A stretch of DNA of 32,000 bases, from NCBI RefSeq assembly GCF_000422665.1, contig NZ_KE383900.1, positions 42,407-74,406 of the forward strand, given 5' to 3'. The notes under the pieces were generated by a model that saw nothing but the letters and a program-made list of their open reading frames with translations, did not search any database and had not been told where the DNA came from. Shown piece by piece: positions 1 to 8,729 of this stretch. This DNA comes from Ferrimonas senticii DSM 18821. Lineage in GTDB: Bacteria; Pseudomonadota; Gammaproteobacteria; Enterobacterales; Shewanellaceae. The translations under genes and the position numbers were made by a program. How positions within the stretch are numbered: the first letter of the stretch is position 1; the number at the start of each line of letters is the position of its first letter.

Positions 1-419
1 TCGTGACACAAGGTTTTAAACTGCTCGAGCTCCAGCTCTCGCCGCAACAACTGTTCAAAGCGCGGTTTCACTTGCAGCAGCTTGGACTGCATCGCCTCGG
101 CCAACGGCAAGCTCTCCTCGACCGCATCCATGGTGCGGTTGGCCGCTTGCTCGGTCATGCCGATCACATAATTCAGGCGCTCTTTGGCGTCGGGGATCTC
201 ATGGTTGGTCAGCTCGGCCAGACGCTCATCCAGCTGAAATTCCGCCATCGCATTGTGCAGTTGCCGAGTTAACTTGCCGACCTCATCAAACAGCGGTTGA
301 TTCAGGGGCTGACACAGGCAGCGAAACAGTTCATCGGCGCCAGCCTGATCACCCTGCTCCAGCAGCAATACCAGCGACCGCGCCTGCGCTAACGACACCA
401 ATGATTGGGATTCACTCAT
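1..419 (-). CDS. cheZ: Chemotaxis phosphatase CheZ, N-terminal part (gene continues beyond the left edge)
   Basis: Reverse translation from the ATG at 419-417 gives MSESQSLVSLAQARSLVLLLEQGDQAGADELF...HEIPDAKERLNYVIGMTEQAANRTMDAVEE. This contains the CheZ active-site helix pattern (D..RL.YV..MT.QAA). It lies directly downstream of cheY, as in fliA-cheY-cheZ operons. It is missing from the ORF track because it is truncated. Confidence 0.85.
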   Translation of the reverse strand, partial: MSESQSLVSLAQARSLVLLLEQGDQAGADELFRCLCQPLNQPLFDEVGKLTRQLHNAMAEFQLDERLAELTNHEIPDAKERLNYVIGMTEQAANRTMDAVEESLPLAEAMQSKLLQVKPRFEQLLRRELELEQFKTLCH

Positions 420-451
420 TGACTAACGATCCTTGTGTTCAAGCCCTGACG

Positions 452-847
452 TTACGCCAAACGCTCAAAAATCTTGTCCAATTTCTCTTTTAAAGTACCG
501 GCAGTAAACGGCTTAACGATGTAGCCATTAACCCCCGCTTGCGCCGCCATAATGATCTGCTCGCGTTTCGCTTCGGCGGTCACCATCAACACTGGCAGGT
601 GCTTCAAACTTTCGTCACTGCGGATCGCCTTAAGCAGATCGATGCCCTGCATTCCGGGCATATTCCAATCGGTTACGACAAAGTCGAAATCGCCGTTTTG
701 CAACATCGGCAAAGCGCTGGAACCATCATCGGCTTCTTGGGTGTTATTAAACCCGAGATCTCGTAGTAAGTTTTTGATGATCCTCCGCATTGTTGAAAAA
801 TCATCAACAATCAAGATCTTCATATTCTTGTCCAACGTGCCCTCCAC
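452..847 (-). CDS. cheY: Chemotaxis response regulator CheY
   Basis: 131 aa reading [34 protein letters not shown]...[10 protein letters not shown]...VTAEAKRE...GYIVKPF, a full single-domain CheY receiver. The track start at 847 is GTG. The ATG at 823 (MKILIVDD) is an equally plausible start. Confidence 0.95.
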   Translation of the reverse strand: MEGTLDKNMKILIVDDFSTMRRIIKNLLRDLGFNNTQEADDGSSALPMLQNGDFDFVVTDWNMPGMQGIDLLKAIRSDESLKHLPVLMVTAEAKREQIIMAAQAGVNGYIVKPFTAGTLKEKLDKIFERLA

Positions 848-880
848 GTTATCTACTGCGTTGTTATTATTAAGTTGGCG

Positions 881-1621
881 CTATGCCGCCTCGGTCCAGC
901 TGCGCAGTTTGCTGCGCAACCGAACCATCGCTTGACTGTGGATCTGGCTGACTCGAGATTCACTGACCCCCAGCACCGCGCCGATCTCTTTTAAGTTCAA
1001 CTCTTCGTCGTAATACAGCGACAACACCAACGCTTCACGCTCTGGCATCTGTTTGATCGCCGCAATCAAAGCTTGTCGAAAACGTTCATCGGCAATATGG
1101 CTAAATTGATTAGCACTTTCGTCACTGCCTGCGACCGTTTCCAGTGGCTGCGCCATATCATCGAAGCCGATGATCCGGCCGCTGCTAACGTCAGAGAGGA
1201 TGTGGTGATAGTCATCCAACGACATCTGCAGGTAAGCGGCCACTTCGCTGTCGCTGGGATCGCGACCAAGACTGGCCTCTAGGGTGGCGATTGCCTCATT
1301 GACCATCCGGCCGTTGCGATGCACCGACCGTGGCGTCCAATCGCCACGGCGGATCTCATCCAGCATCGCCCCGCGAATTCGAATGCCAGCAAAGGTTTCA
1401 AAACTGGCCCCTTTGCTGGCGTCAAAATTACCAGCCGCTTCCAGTAGCCCAAGCATCCCCGCTTGCAGCAGATCGTCCAGTTGCACACTGGCGGGCAGCC
1501 GCGTCAGCAGATGATGACCAATGCGTTTCACCAACGGCGCGTACTGAGCCACAATCAGGGCACGATTGTCCTGCTGGCCGTACGCCGCCAACTTATTCAC
1601 CGGCGGCTTTCCCATAAGCAT
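881..1621 (-). CDS. fliA: Flagellar sigma factor FliA (sigma28)
   Basis: 246 aa with sigma70-family regions 2, 3 and 4 (YAPLVKRIGHHLLTRLPASVQLDDLLQAGMLGL...; LSLYYDEELNLKEIGAVLGVSESRVSQIHSQA). It is positioned after flhG. The ATG at 1621 overlaps the flhG 3' end by 29 nt, and the ATG at 1615 is an alternative. Confidence 0.95.
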   Translation of the reverse strand: MLMGKPPVNKLAAYGQQDNRALIVAQYAPLVKRIGHHLLTRLPASVQLDDLLQAGMLGLLEAAGNFDASKGASFETFAGIRIRGAMLDEIRRGDWTPRSVHRNGRMVNEAIATLEASLGRDPSDSEVAAYLQMSLDDYHHILSDVSSGRIIGFDDMAQPLETVAGSDESANQFSHIADERFRQALIAAIKQMPEREALVLSLYYDEELNLKEIGAVLGVSESRVSQIHSQAMVRLRSKLRSWTEAA

Positions 1622-2483
1622 TGCGTTTCACCAATTGCTCTACAAAAAATTCCAGATGGCCACTAGGCTGCTGTGGTAACGGCCACGACATCACCTTGTT
1701 GGCCAAGCCTTGATAAGCGATCGCAGCGGGGCTGCGCGGGTACGCCTCCAGCAGCACTTTTTGTTGGCGCACCGCTTTACGAACGTTTTCATCGAACGGG
1801 ATGGTGGCCACCAGTTCCAGCGCCACATCCAAGAAGCGATCGGTCACCTTCGACAGTTTGGCGAACAGCTCCATCCCCTCACGCAGGCTGCGCACCATAT
1901 TGGCGACGATACGAAAGCGGAATACCCCATGTTCGCGGCTAAGCAGTTTGATCAGCGCGTAGGCATCGGTGATCGAGGTCGGCTCGTCACAGACCACCAC
2001 CAGCACCTCTTGCGAGGCGCGGGCAAAGCTCATCACCATGTCCGAGATCCCCGCTGCGGTATCGACAATCAGGCAATCAAACTGACGATCCAATTCGGAA
2101 AACGCTTGGATCAGTGCCGCGTGTTGCGCTGCGGTTAGCGCTACCATCTCTTGGGTACCGGATGCCGCTGGGATCACATACAGGTTTTCCGCTGCTTCGA
2201 TGATCACCTGCTCCAGGGTGCATTCGCCGGCCAGTACGTGCGATAGATTGCGCCGCGCTCGGACGCCAAGCAGGACATCGACGTTGGCCAGCCCCAGATC
2301 GGCATCGAGCAACAATACCCGCTGCCCCTGTGCAGCCATGGCCGCGGCGGTGTTGATCGAGACGTTGGTTTTACCGACCCCGCCCTTACCGCCGGTAACC
2401 GCCACAACCCGAGTGGTGCGCGGTTGATTGGCTGCCATCTGTCGCAGACCGCTTGCTTGATCTTGTAAGTTCCAGTTAGTCAT
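1593..2483 (-). CDS. flhG: MinD/ParA-type ATPase FlhG (FleN), flagellar number regulator
   Basis: 296 aa with the deviant Walker A motif VTGGKGGVGKT and MinD-like architecture. The ATGACTAA overlap with the flhF stop suggests translational coupling. Confidence 0.93.
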   Translation of the reverse strand: MTNWNLQDQASGLRQMAANQPRTTRVVAVTGGKGGVGKTNVSINTAAAMAAQGQRVLLLDADLGLANVDVLLGVRARRNLSHVLAGECTLEQVIIEAAENLYVIPAASGTQEMVALTAAQHAALIQAFSELDRQFDCLIVDTAAGISDMVMSFARASQEVLVVVCDEPTSITDAYALIKLLSREHGVFRFRIVANMVRSLREGMELFAKLSKVTDRFLDVALELVATIPFDENVRKAVRQQKVLLEAYPRSPAAIAYQGLANKVMSWPLPQQPSGHLEFFVEQLVKRNAYGKAAGE

Positions 2484-3984
2484 AGTGCCCCACCGCTCGA
2501 CGTTGCTCTGCGTTAGCGCTGTTGGTTGAAAGACGGCCCGCCCCAGCGGTATTGAGTTGCTCTTCAGTTAGCGCTCGCTGCGCTAAATAGTGCGGATCGG
2601 CAGTGCGCAGATCCTCAGGCACCCGTTGGCCATCGGTCAGATAGCAGACGGGCAAATTGTTTTGCAGTAACACGCTTAACACTTCGCCAATGCTGTGGGC
2701 TTCATCCAATTTGGTGATGATGCAGCCCGCGATATCAATTCGTTGGAAACGCTCTAAGGTTTCCCGTAGCACTCGGTACTGTGCCGTTGCAGGCAAGACC
2801 AAATAGGGCTTGATCGCCACTCGAGTGGCGCTGGCCAACCGCTCGAGCTGCTCCATCAAGCGCATATCACGCTGGCCCATGCCAGCGGTGTCGATCAGGA
2901 CGATGCGACGGCTGCGCAGCGAATACAGCACCTGCTCCAGCTCTTCCACGCTGGCAGCGCTGCGTACCGGACAGCCCATGATTTTGCCAAAGGTTAACAG
3001 CTGCTCTTTGGCGCCGATCCGATAATTATCGGTGGTCACCAACGCCACTTGGTCGATGCCAAAGCGACTGGCCAGACGCGCCGCCAACTTGGCGATTGAG
3101 GTGGTTTTACCAACCCCAGTTGGCCCCACTAAGGCAAACACCCCACCTTGATGCCAGGCGTGTTCACTGCCGCAGCGCAGCTCTTCTGCCACCAAGTTTG
3201 GCAACTGCGCCAAGATCTGATGCATCTCACCCTGTTGTGGCAAGCGTTTGGCAAAGTGATCCGCCACCTCACGCACAAAACCGAGATCTTCCAACTGCTC
3301 GCGTACCATCGACTGCAGCGGCTGACTGCGGGCGATATCTTGCTCCATCAAGCTCGACACTTGATGCTGCAGCAGCTTGCGGATCGAGGCCATCTCTTCG
3401 CGCATGGCGCTGATCTCAACCGCCGCCTGGTTGCGGCCACCGCCATGAGACGAGGCAGCGGTCGCCGAGGCAACGGCTTTAGGCTGCGGCGGATGGGCTG
3501 GCTCGCGCTCCGCTTGAGGCGGGGTAAAGGCGGTTTGTGCCCACTGCGGCAACACTTCTCGGCTTGGCAGCGATTGCGCCGCCTGTTGCTCGGCGTGGCG
3601 CTGTTGCCGCAGTTGCTGCTGGCGCTCAAGCAGCGCCCGCAGCCCCTCAGGATGGGCCGCGCTGGGCGCTGGCCGCGCCGCGGGTTGCGGTTCAGCGTCA
3701 TAACCTTGGCGCATACCAACTCGGTTGCTTGATGAACCGCCAAAGGTTGGCTCGCTGCGAGTCGATAAACTGACGCGATCATCGCCTAATGGCCGTGTCG
3801 CCAGCGACGGTTCAGCCCGAGTTGGTGCCGCAACCGCAGGCGCGGCAAAGTCGATGGCGGCGACAATCTCGACCCCGCCGGTGACCTTTTTATTGGACAT
3901 GATCACCGCCTCAGGCCCCAGCACCTCTTTGACCTCAGCCAAGGCACTGCGCATATCTTTGGCGAAAAATCGCTTAATCTTCAC
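2476..3984 (-). CDS. flhF: SRP-type GTPase FlhF, flagellar placement
   Basis: 502 aa. The N-terminus MKIKRFFAKDMRSALAEVKEVLGPEAVIMSNKKV is typical of FlhF. G motifs GPTGVGKTTSIAKLAA and DTAGMGQRD are present, with a Q/A/P-rich low-complexity B-domain between. GTG start with GGAG about 10 nt upstream. Confidence 0.93.
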   Translation of the reverse strand: MKIKRFFAKDMRSALAEVKEVLGPEAVIMSNKKVTGGVEIVAAIDFAAPAVAAPTRAEPSLATRPLGDDRVSLSTRSEPTFGGSSSNRVGMRQGYDAEPQPAARPAPSAAHPEGLRALLERQQQLRQQRHAEQQAAQSLPSREVLPQWAQTAFTPPQAEREPAHPPQPKAVASATAASSHGGGRNQAAVEISAMREEMASIRKLLQHQVSSLMEQDIARSQPLQSMVREQLEDLGFVREVADHFAKRLPQQGEMHQILAQLPNLVAEELRCGSEHAWHQGGVFALVGPTGVGKTTSIAKLAARLASRFGIDQVALVTTDNYRIGAKEQLLTFGKIMGCPVRSAASVEELEQVLYSLRSRRIVLIDTAGMGQRDMRLMEQLERLASATRVAIKPYLVLPATAQYRVLRETLERFQRIDIAGCIITKLDEAHSIGEVLSVLLQNNLPVCYLTDGQRVPEDLRTADPHYLAQRALTEEQLNTAGAGRLSTNSANAEQRRAVGHYD

Positions 3985-4032
3985 TGCGTGTTACTCCGCT
4001 CGGTGAGCGCCGACGTCCGTTAACCAGACCAT

Positions 4033-6126
4033 TCACTGCCCCACCGATTGCACAATCTTTATCTGCTTGTCATCGGGCACCTCTTGGTAAGAGAGCACCC
4101 GCAGCGCCGGAATCGTGTGTTTCACAAAGCGCGACAAGGTGGTTCGCAACAGACCGGAAGTCAGCAATACCGCTGGCTCGCCTAACATCTCTTGCTTTTG
4201 GCTGGCTTCGCGCAGGCTGCGTTGCAGTCGCTCTGCCAAACCGGGCTCCAGTCCACCGTTGTCGCCATTGCTGGCTTGCAGGGACTGGTGCAGGATCTGT
4301 TCCAACTCTGGCGCCAAAGTGATGACGGGGATCTCGGCCTCGGGGCCATTGATCTCCTGCACGATAAGCCGCTTCATCGCAATTCGCGCCGCCGCAGTTA
4401 ACACGTCAGGATCTTGGCTTTTGGGGCCGTACTCGACCAAGGTCTGCACCAAAGTACGAATGTCGCGGATCGGCACCCCTTCATTAAGCAGGTTCTGCAT
4501 CACCTTAACGATGACGCCCAAAGTTAAAATGTCCGGCACCAAACCTTCGACCAACTTCGGCGTCGATTTGGCCAGAATATCCAGCAATTGCTGCGCCTCT
4601 TCGTAGCCCAGCAGTTGCGCCGCGTTGTTACTAAGTAGCTGCGACAGATGGGTGGCCACCACCGTGGCAGCATCGACCACGGTGTAGCCGAGGGTCTGGG
4701 CGTAGTCGCGCTGGCTAGGGTTGATCCACACCGCCTCGAGGCCAAAAGCGGGATCCACCGTCGGTTGACCATCCAGCTTGCCAAACACTTGCCCCGGGTT
4801 GATCGCCAGTTCGCCGTCATGGCGAATATCCGCCTCGCCGACCACCACCCCCATCAAACTGATGCGATAGGCGCTCGGGCCAATATCTAGGTTGTCGCGG
4901 ATATGCACCGGTGGGATCAAAAAGCCAAACTCCTGCGACAGCTTTTTACGCACCCCTTTGATCCGCGACAGCAGTTCGCCATCTTGACCCTTATCGACCA
5001 ACGGGATCAGTCGGTAGCCAACCTCCAGACCGATAATGTCGACTTGGTTGACGTCGTCCCACACCAGCTCTTTCGGCTCTTGGCTTATCACCTCGGTATT
5101 GGCCGAGGCCTGCTGCGCCGCGACGGTCGCTTGCTTATCCTGTTGATGGCGCCAGTAACCAAACGCGGCGATGCCGATCCCAAGCGACAAAAACGCCAGA
5201 TGCGGCATCCCCGGCACCAACCCCATGACGATCATCACCCCAGCGCAGATGGCAATCACCTTCGGATTGGCGAGCATCTGCTGGCTGATCTCATCGCCCA
5301 TCTGCACCGATTCATTTTGCCGAGTGATGATGATCGCCGCGCCAATCGACAGCAACAGCCCGGGGATCTGCGCCACCAAGCCATCACCAATGGTCAGCAA
5401 GGTGTAGATCTCCAGCGCCTCGGCAAAGCCAAGACCGTGTTGCGCCATGCCGATCACAAAGCCGCCGACGATGTTCAGGCCGAGGATCAATAGGCCAGCG
5501 ATGGCATCGCCTTTAACAAACTTAGAGGCACCGTCCATCGAACCGTAAAAGTCGGCTTCGCGGGCAACGTCAGCGCGCCGCTCGCGGGCCTGCTCTTGAT
5601 TGATAAGGCCAGCGTTTAAGTCGGCGTCAATCGCCATCTGCTTACCCGGCATCGCATCCAAGGTAAAGCGGGCGCTAACTTCGGAGATCCGCCCAGCGCC
5701 CTTGGTGACCACCACAAAGTTGATGATCACCAGAATCAAGAACACCACCAAACCGACGGCGTAGTTACCGCCAATCACCACCGAGCCGAACGCCTCAATC
5801 ACCTTACCGGCAGCATCAGGGCCTTCGTGACCGTGCAGCAGCACCAAGCGGGTTGAGGCCACGTTCAACGCCAACCGCAGCAGCGTTGCCACCAGCAGCA
5901 CCGTTGGGAACGCGGCAAAATCCAGCGGCCGCAGGGTGTATACCGCCACCAGCAACACCACCAGCGACAGCGCAATGTTGAAGGTAAACAACAGATCCAG
6001 CAGCAGCGCTGGCATCGGCAAGGTCACCATCGCCAACGCCGCCAGCACCACCAATGGCGTGCCGAGGCCTTTTATGATCTGGCTGCGATTCTGATACAGG
6101 GCAGCAAACTGGGCTTTGGGGTTCAC
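4033..6126 (-). CDS. flhA: Flagellar export gate protein FlhA
   Basis: 697 aa of the FHIPEP family, with a multi-TM N-terminal half and a large cytoplasmic C-terminal domain. GTG start at 6126, with no in-frame ATG nearby. Confidence 0.97.
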   Translation of the reverse strand: MNPKAQFAALYQNRSQIIKGLGTPLVVLAALAMVTLPMPALLLDLLFTFNIALSLVVLLVAVYTLRPLDFAAFPTVLLVATLLRLALNVASTRLVLLHGHEGPDAAGKVIEAFGSVVIGGNYAVGLVVFLILVIINFVVVTKGAGRISEVSARFTLDAMPGKQMAIDADLNAGLINQEQARERRADVAREADFYGSMDGASKFVKGDAIAGLLILGLNIVGGFVIGMAQHGLGFAEALEIYTLLTIGDGLVAQIPGLLLSIGAAIIITRQNESVQMGDEISQQMLANPKVIAICAGVMIVMGLVPGMPHLAFLSLGIGIAAFGYWRHQQDKQATVAAQQASANTEVISQEPKELVWDDVNQVDIIGLEVGYRLIPLVDKGQDGELLSRIKGVRKKLSQEFGFLIPPVHIRDNLDIGPSAYRISLMGVVVGEADIRHDGELAINPGQVFGKLDGQPTVDPAFGLEAVWINPSQRDYAQTLGYTVVDAATVVATHLSQLLSNNAAQLLGYEEAQQLLDILAKSTPKLVEGLVPDILTLGVIVKVMQNLLNEGVPIRDIRTLVQTLVEYGPKSQDPDVLTAAARIAMKRLIVQEINGPEAEIPVITLAPELEQILHQSLQASNGDNGGLEPGLAERLQRSLREASQKQEMLGEPAVLLTSGLLRTTLSRFVKHTIPALRVLSYQEVPDDKQIKIVQSVGQ

Positions 6127-6180
6127 GGATGGAAGATCGCTAACTGATTGACGTAATTGGCAAGATAAGCGGTTTCCACT

Positions 6181-6195
6181 GCAAAAAACGCGCCA
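6181..6195 (-). promoter_or_regulatory. Sigma54 (-24/-12) promoter upstream of flhA
   Basis: The minus strand reads TGGCGC-GTTTT-TTGCA, with correct GG/GC spacing against the consensus TGGCAC-N5-TTGCW. It lies about 55 nt upstream of the flhA start, in the 207-bp flhB-flhA gap. Confidence 0.6.
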
Positions 6196-6333
6196 TCTAC
6201 CGCAAAGGCCCCAGCAGTGGCGATCAAAAACGATCCGCTGCCACTCTATATCAGCCCCATAGAGGAATTTTTGTGATCCAAACTGGCGTTTGCCGCTGGC
6301 GCAGGCGTCACCGATCGACAGTCATTACGCCGG

Positions 6334-7491
6334 TTACGGCAAGCCGTTGCCGTCGCTGTCGACCCACAACTCAGTCGGGATCGCCAACTCCGCTGGCAAT
6401 GGATTTGGCCGACGACCGCGACCACGCTGATGCTGCTTAAGTTGGAACACGTAAGCGAGGATCTGTGCCACCGCCGTAAACAGCCCTTCGGGGATCGGCT
6501 TATCCAACTCGGTTGAGTAAAACAGCGCTCGCGCCAGCGCTGGTGAAGCGATCACTGGCACCTGATATTCTCGGGCAATCTCGCGGATCTTCAGGGCAAT
6601 CTCATCGTTGCCTTTGGCCACCAACAGCGGCGCGGCATTTCGGGCTTTGTCGTACTTCAGTGCCACCGAATAGTGGGTCGGGTTGACCACCACCACATCG
6701 GCGCTGGGCACCGCCGCCATCATCCGCCGCTGCGCCATCTCCCGTTGCAATTGGCGGATCCGCCCTTTGACCTCTGGCTTGCCCTCGGTCTGCTTGTATT
6801 CGTCTTTGACCTCTTGCTTGCTCATCCGCAGTTGCTTGCTGTGATTCCACACTTGATAGGGCACGTCGATCGCCACGATCAACAGCAGCGAACAACACAG
6901 CAACACAAACAGCGATAACAGCAGCACCAGCGCATTGCGAATGGCACCGGCGGGATCGCCAAACGACAGCGCCAAAATGGCGTCAAAATTTAGGCTTAAC
7001 AATACGTAAGCGACTAGGGCAATCACCAAGAACTTGGCAATCGATTTGATCAGTTCAACCAGCGCCTGCAAACCAAACATCCGTTTCAGGCCACTCAGCG
7101 GGTTCATTTTACTGAGCTTCGGCGCCGCCGCTTGGCCACTAAAACTGACCCCTCCTAAGGCGACGTTGCCAATAAACGCGGCGATAAACAGGGTCACAAT
7201 AAACGCCGATAGCGGCAGCGCCAACTCCGCCAGCACCCCCATCGCCATCGCCCCGTAATCACTGCCAGCAAAGGATTCCGCTCGGCTAAGATCAAACTGA
7301 TTTTGCGCCACCGTCAGCAGCGCCGTCGCCAAGCCCTCGCCAAAAGCGATCATCGCCAGCGCTGCTGCCACCAATACCGCCGCCGTTCCCAACTCTTTGG
7401 AACGCGGCACCTGCCCTTTTTCACGCGCCTGTTGGCGCCGCCTGGGGGTGGCCTCTTCGGTTTTTTCCTGATCGTCGCCTGCTTGTGCCAT
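6334..7491 (-). CDS. flhB: Flagellar export switch protein FlhB
   Basis: 385 aa with N-terminus MAQAGDDQEKTEEATPRRRQQAREKGQVPRSKEL, four TM segments and the autocleavage motif NPTH (VVVNPTHYSVALKY). Confidence 0.96.
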   Translation of the reverse strand: MAQAGDDQEKTEEATPRRRQQAREKGQVPRSKELGTAAVLVAAALAMIAFGEGLATALLTVAQNQFDLSRAESFAGSDYGAMAMGVLAELALPLSAFIVTLFIAAFIGNVALGGVSFSGQAAAPKLSKMNPLSGLKRMFGLQALVELIKSIAKFLVIALVAYVLLSLNFDAILALSFGDPAGAIRNALVLLLSLFVLLCCSLLLIVAIDVPYQVWNHSKQLRMSKQEVKDEYKQTEGKPEVKGRIRQLQREMAQRRMMAAVPSADVVVVNPTHYSVALKYDKARNAAPLLVAKGNDEIALKIREIAREYQVPVIASPALARALFYSTELDKPIPEGLFTAVAQILAYVFQLKQHQRGRGRRPNPLPAELAIPTELWVDSDGNGLP

Positions 7492-7511
7492 TTGGATCTA
7501 CGGTGAGACAA

Positions 7512-7616
7512 TAGTTGTTAGTTGTTAGTTGTTAGTTGTTAGTTGTTAGTTGTTAGTTGTTAGTTGTTAGTTGTTAGTTGTTAGTTGTTAGCTGTTAGTT
7601 GGTAGTTGGTAGTGGC
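7512..7616. repeat. 7-bp tandem repeat array: 11 perfect TAGTTGT units (7512-7588) plus 4 in-phase degenerate units
   Basis: Direct reading gives TAGTTGT x11, then TAGCTGT, TAGTTGG, TAGTTGG, TAGTGGC. It lies in the fliR-flhB intergenic spacer. Confidence 0.98.
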
Positions 7617-7621
7617 AGGTA

Positions 7622-7641
7622 GCCGAGAACCCGTTCTCGGC
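7622..7641 (-). other. GC-rich stem-loop immediately downstream of the fliR stop, with no U tract
   Basis: GCCGAGA-ACCCGT-TCTCGGC gives a 7-9 bp stem, 13 nt after the fliR stop. On the mRNA it is followed directly by the G-free heptamer array rather than by a U run. Confidence 0.5.
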
Positions 7642-7653
7642 GGCAGCAAACTA

Positions 7654-8460
7654 TTACGGCACGGTGCAACTCATCTGCAATAGATCGCACATCACTAATT
7701 GCCCCTGCTGCCAAACGGTATCGAAGTGCGGCAGGATGCCATCAAGGGTCAACCACAGAATGATCAGTCCCGCCAGCATGGTAATTGGAAAACCGATGGC
7801 GAAGATATTCAGCTGCGGCGCGGCGCGGGTCATCACCCCGAAAGCAAAATTGATCAGCAGCAGCGCGGTAGCCGCCGCCAGCGATAGGGTTAATGCGCTG
7901 GCAAAGATGTAGCCGACAAAGTCCGACAACCCTTTCAGGCTTGGCAGTAGCAACGATTCACCGATGGGCAGTGAATGGAAGCTTTCAATAATCATCCGAA
8001 ACATCGTTAGATGGCCGTCAAAGCTAAAAAACAGCAGGGTCGCCAGCAGCAGATAAAACTGCCCCACCAATGGCACCTGTTGGCCGTTACTGGGATCAAC
8101 CATCGAGGCAAAGCCCAATGAGGTTTGCATGCCGATAATCTGCCCTGCCAACACAAAGGTTTGGATCACCAGCAAACTGACAAAGCCCATGGCGGTGCCG
8201 ATCAGCACCTGCTGGGCGGTAACCAAGGCACCAGTTAACGACAACATCTCCAGCGGTGGCGGCTGCGGCAACATCGGCACCGCCGCCAGCGTGAACAGCA
8301 GCGCCAACCCCATGCGGATCGGCGCGGGTACCGTGGCCGCGCCGATGGTGGTCATCACCATCAACATCGAACTGATCCGCACCAATGGCCACAGCAACAG
8401 CCGCAACCAATCAAACACCAACTCAAACGGCAGTTGCAGTAACGCCGGTTGCGCCGCCAT
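7654..8460 (-). CDS. fliR: Flagellar export apparatus protein FliR
   Basis: Polytopic membrane protein in the fliPQR position. The track start at 8463 is TTG. The next codon is an ATG (8460-8458) that overlaps the fliQ TGA by 1 nt (TGATG), so I prefer that start. Confidence 0.92.
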   Translation of the reverse strand: MAAQPALLQLPFELVFDWLRLLLWPLVRISSMLMVMTTIGAATVPAPIRMGLALLFTLAAVPMLPQPPPLEMLSLTGALVTAQQVLIGTAMGFVSLLVIQTFVLAGQIIGMQTSLGFASMVDPSNGQQVPLVGQFYLLLATLLFFSFDGHLTMFRMIIESFHSLPIGESLLLPSLKGLSDFVGYIFASALTLSLAAATALLLINFAFGVMTRAAPQLNIFAIGFPITMLAGLIILWLTLDGILPHFDTVWQQGQLVMCDLLQMSCTVP

Positions 8461-8729
8461 CAACCGATCACCTGCGGGATCAAGTCCACCAAGTTATAAA
8501 CAAAGTCCATCAGCACCTGCACCAACCAGTGACCCAGTGCCATCAAGGTCAACAGGGTCACCAGCAACCGCGGCAGAAACGACAGCGTTTGCTCGTTGAT
8601 TGAGGTCGCCGCCTGAAACACCGCCACCACCAAACCGACCAACAAACCGGGGACGATGATCGCCGCCACCAACAGCACCACCACTTGCAGCGCTTGGCGA
8701 AAGATGTCGACAAAGATCTCTGGGGTCAT
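8460..8729 (-). CDS. fliQ: Flagellar export apparatus protein FliQ
   Basis: 89 aa, two-TM protein ([56 protein letters not shown]). ATGA overlap with the fliP stop. Confidence 0.95.
   Translation of the reverse strand: MTPEIFVDIFRQALQVVVLLVAAIIVPGLLVGLVVAVFQAATSINEQTLSFLPRLLVTLLTLMALGHWLVQVLMDFVYNLVDLIPQVIG

Noticed and set aside
3-272. An 89-aa plus-strand ORF at the left edge.
   Set aside because: It starts with GTG and lies opposite a clear CheZ reading frame (minus strand, ATG at 419).
848-880. The short fliA-cheY spacer contains GTTGTTATTATTAAGTTGG, reminiscent of the heptamer family. A similar CAGTTAT TTGTTTT stretch occurs in the flrB leader at 21904-21917.
   Set aside because: There are only one or two recognisable units with no clear periodicity. 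That is too short to tell apart from ordinary AT-rich intergenic sequence.
3148-5493. Plus-strand ORFs of 194 aa (3148-3732), 163 aa (4115-4606) and 196 aa (4903-5493).
   Set aside because: They are antisense shadows of flhF and flhA, with Arg/Leu/His-rich compositions and no motifs. The same reasoning applies to the other plus-strand ORFs over fliM (10271-10795), fliR/fliQ (8129-8599), fliI (14534-15058) and the permease (30737-31261).
6216-6245. An imperfect hairpin (AGTGGCGATC ... GATCCGCTGCCACT) in the flhB-flhA gap, considered as a terminator for flhB.
   Set aside because: The stem is interrupted by an internal loop. On the minus strand it is followed by GCTGGGG rather than a U tract, so support for an intrinsic terminator is insufficient.
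7512-7616. Possibility that the repeat tract is a CRISPR array or a coding repeat.
   Set aside because: The period is 7 bp with no spacers, far from CRISPR geometry. The unit introduces stop codons in all six frames, so it cannot be coding.
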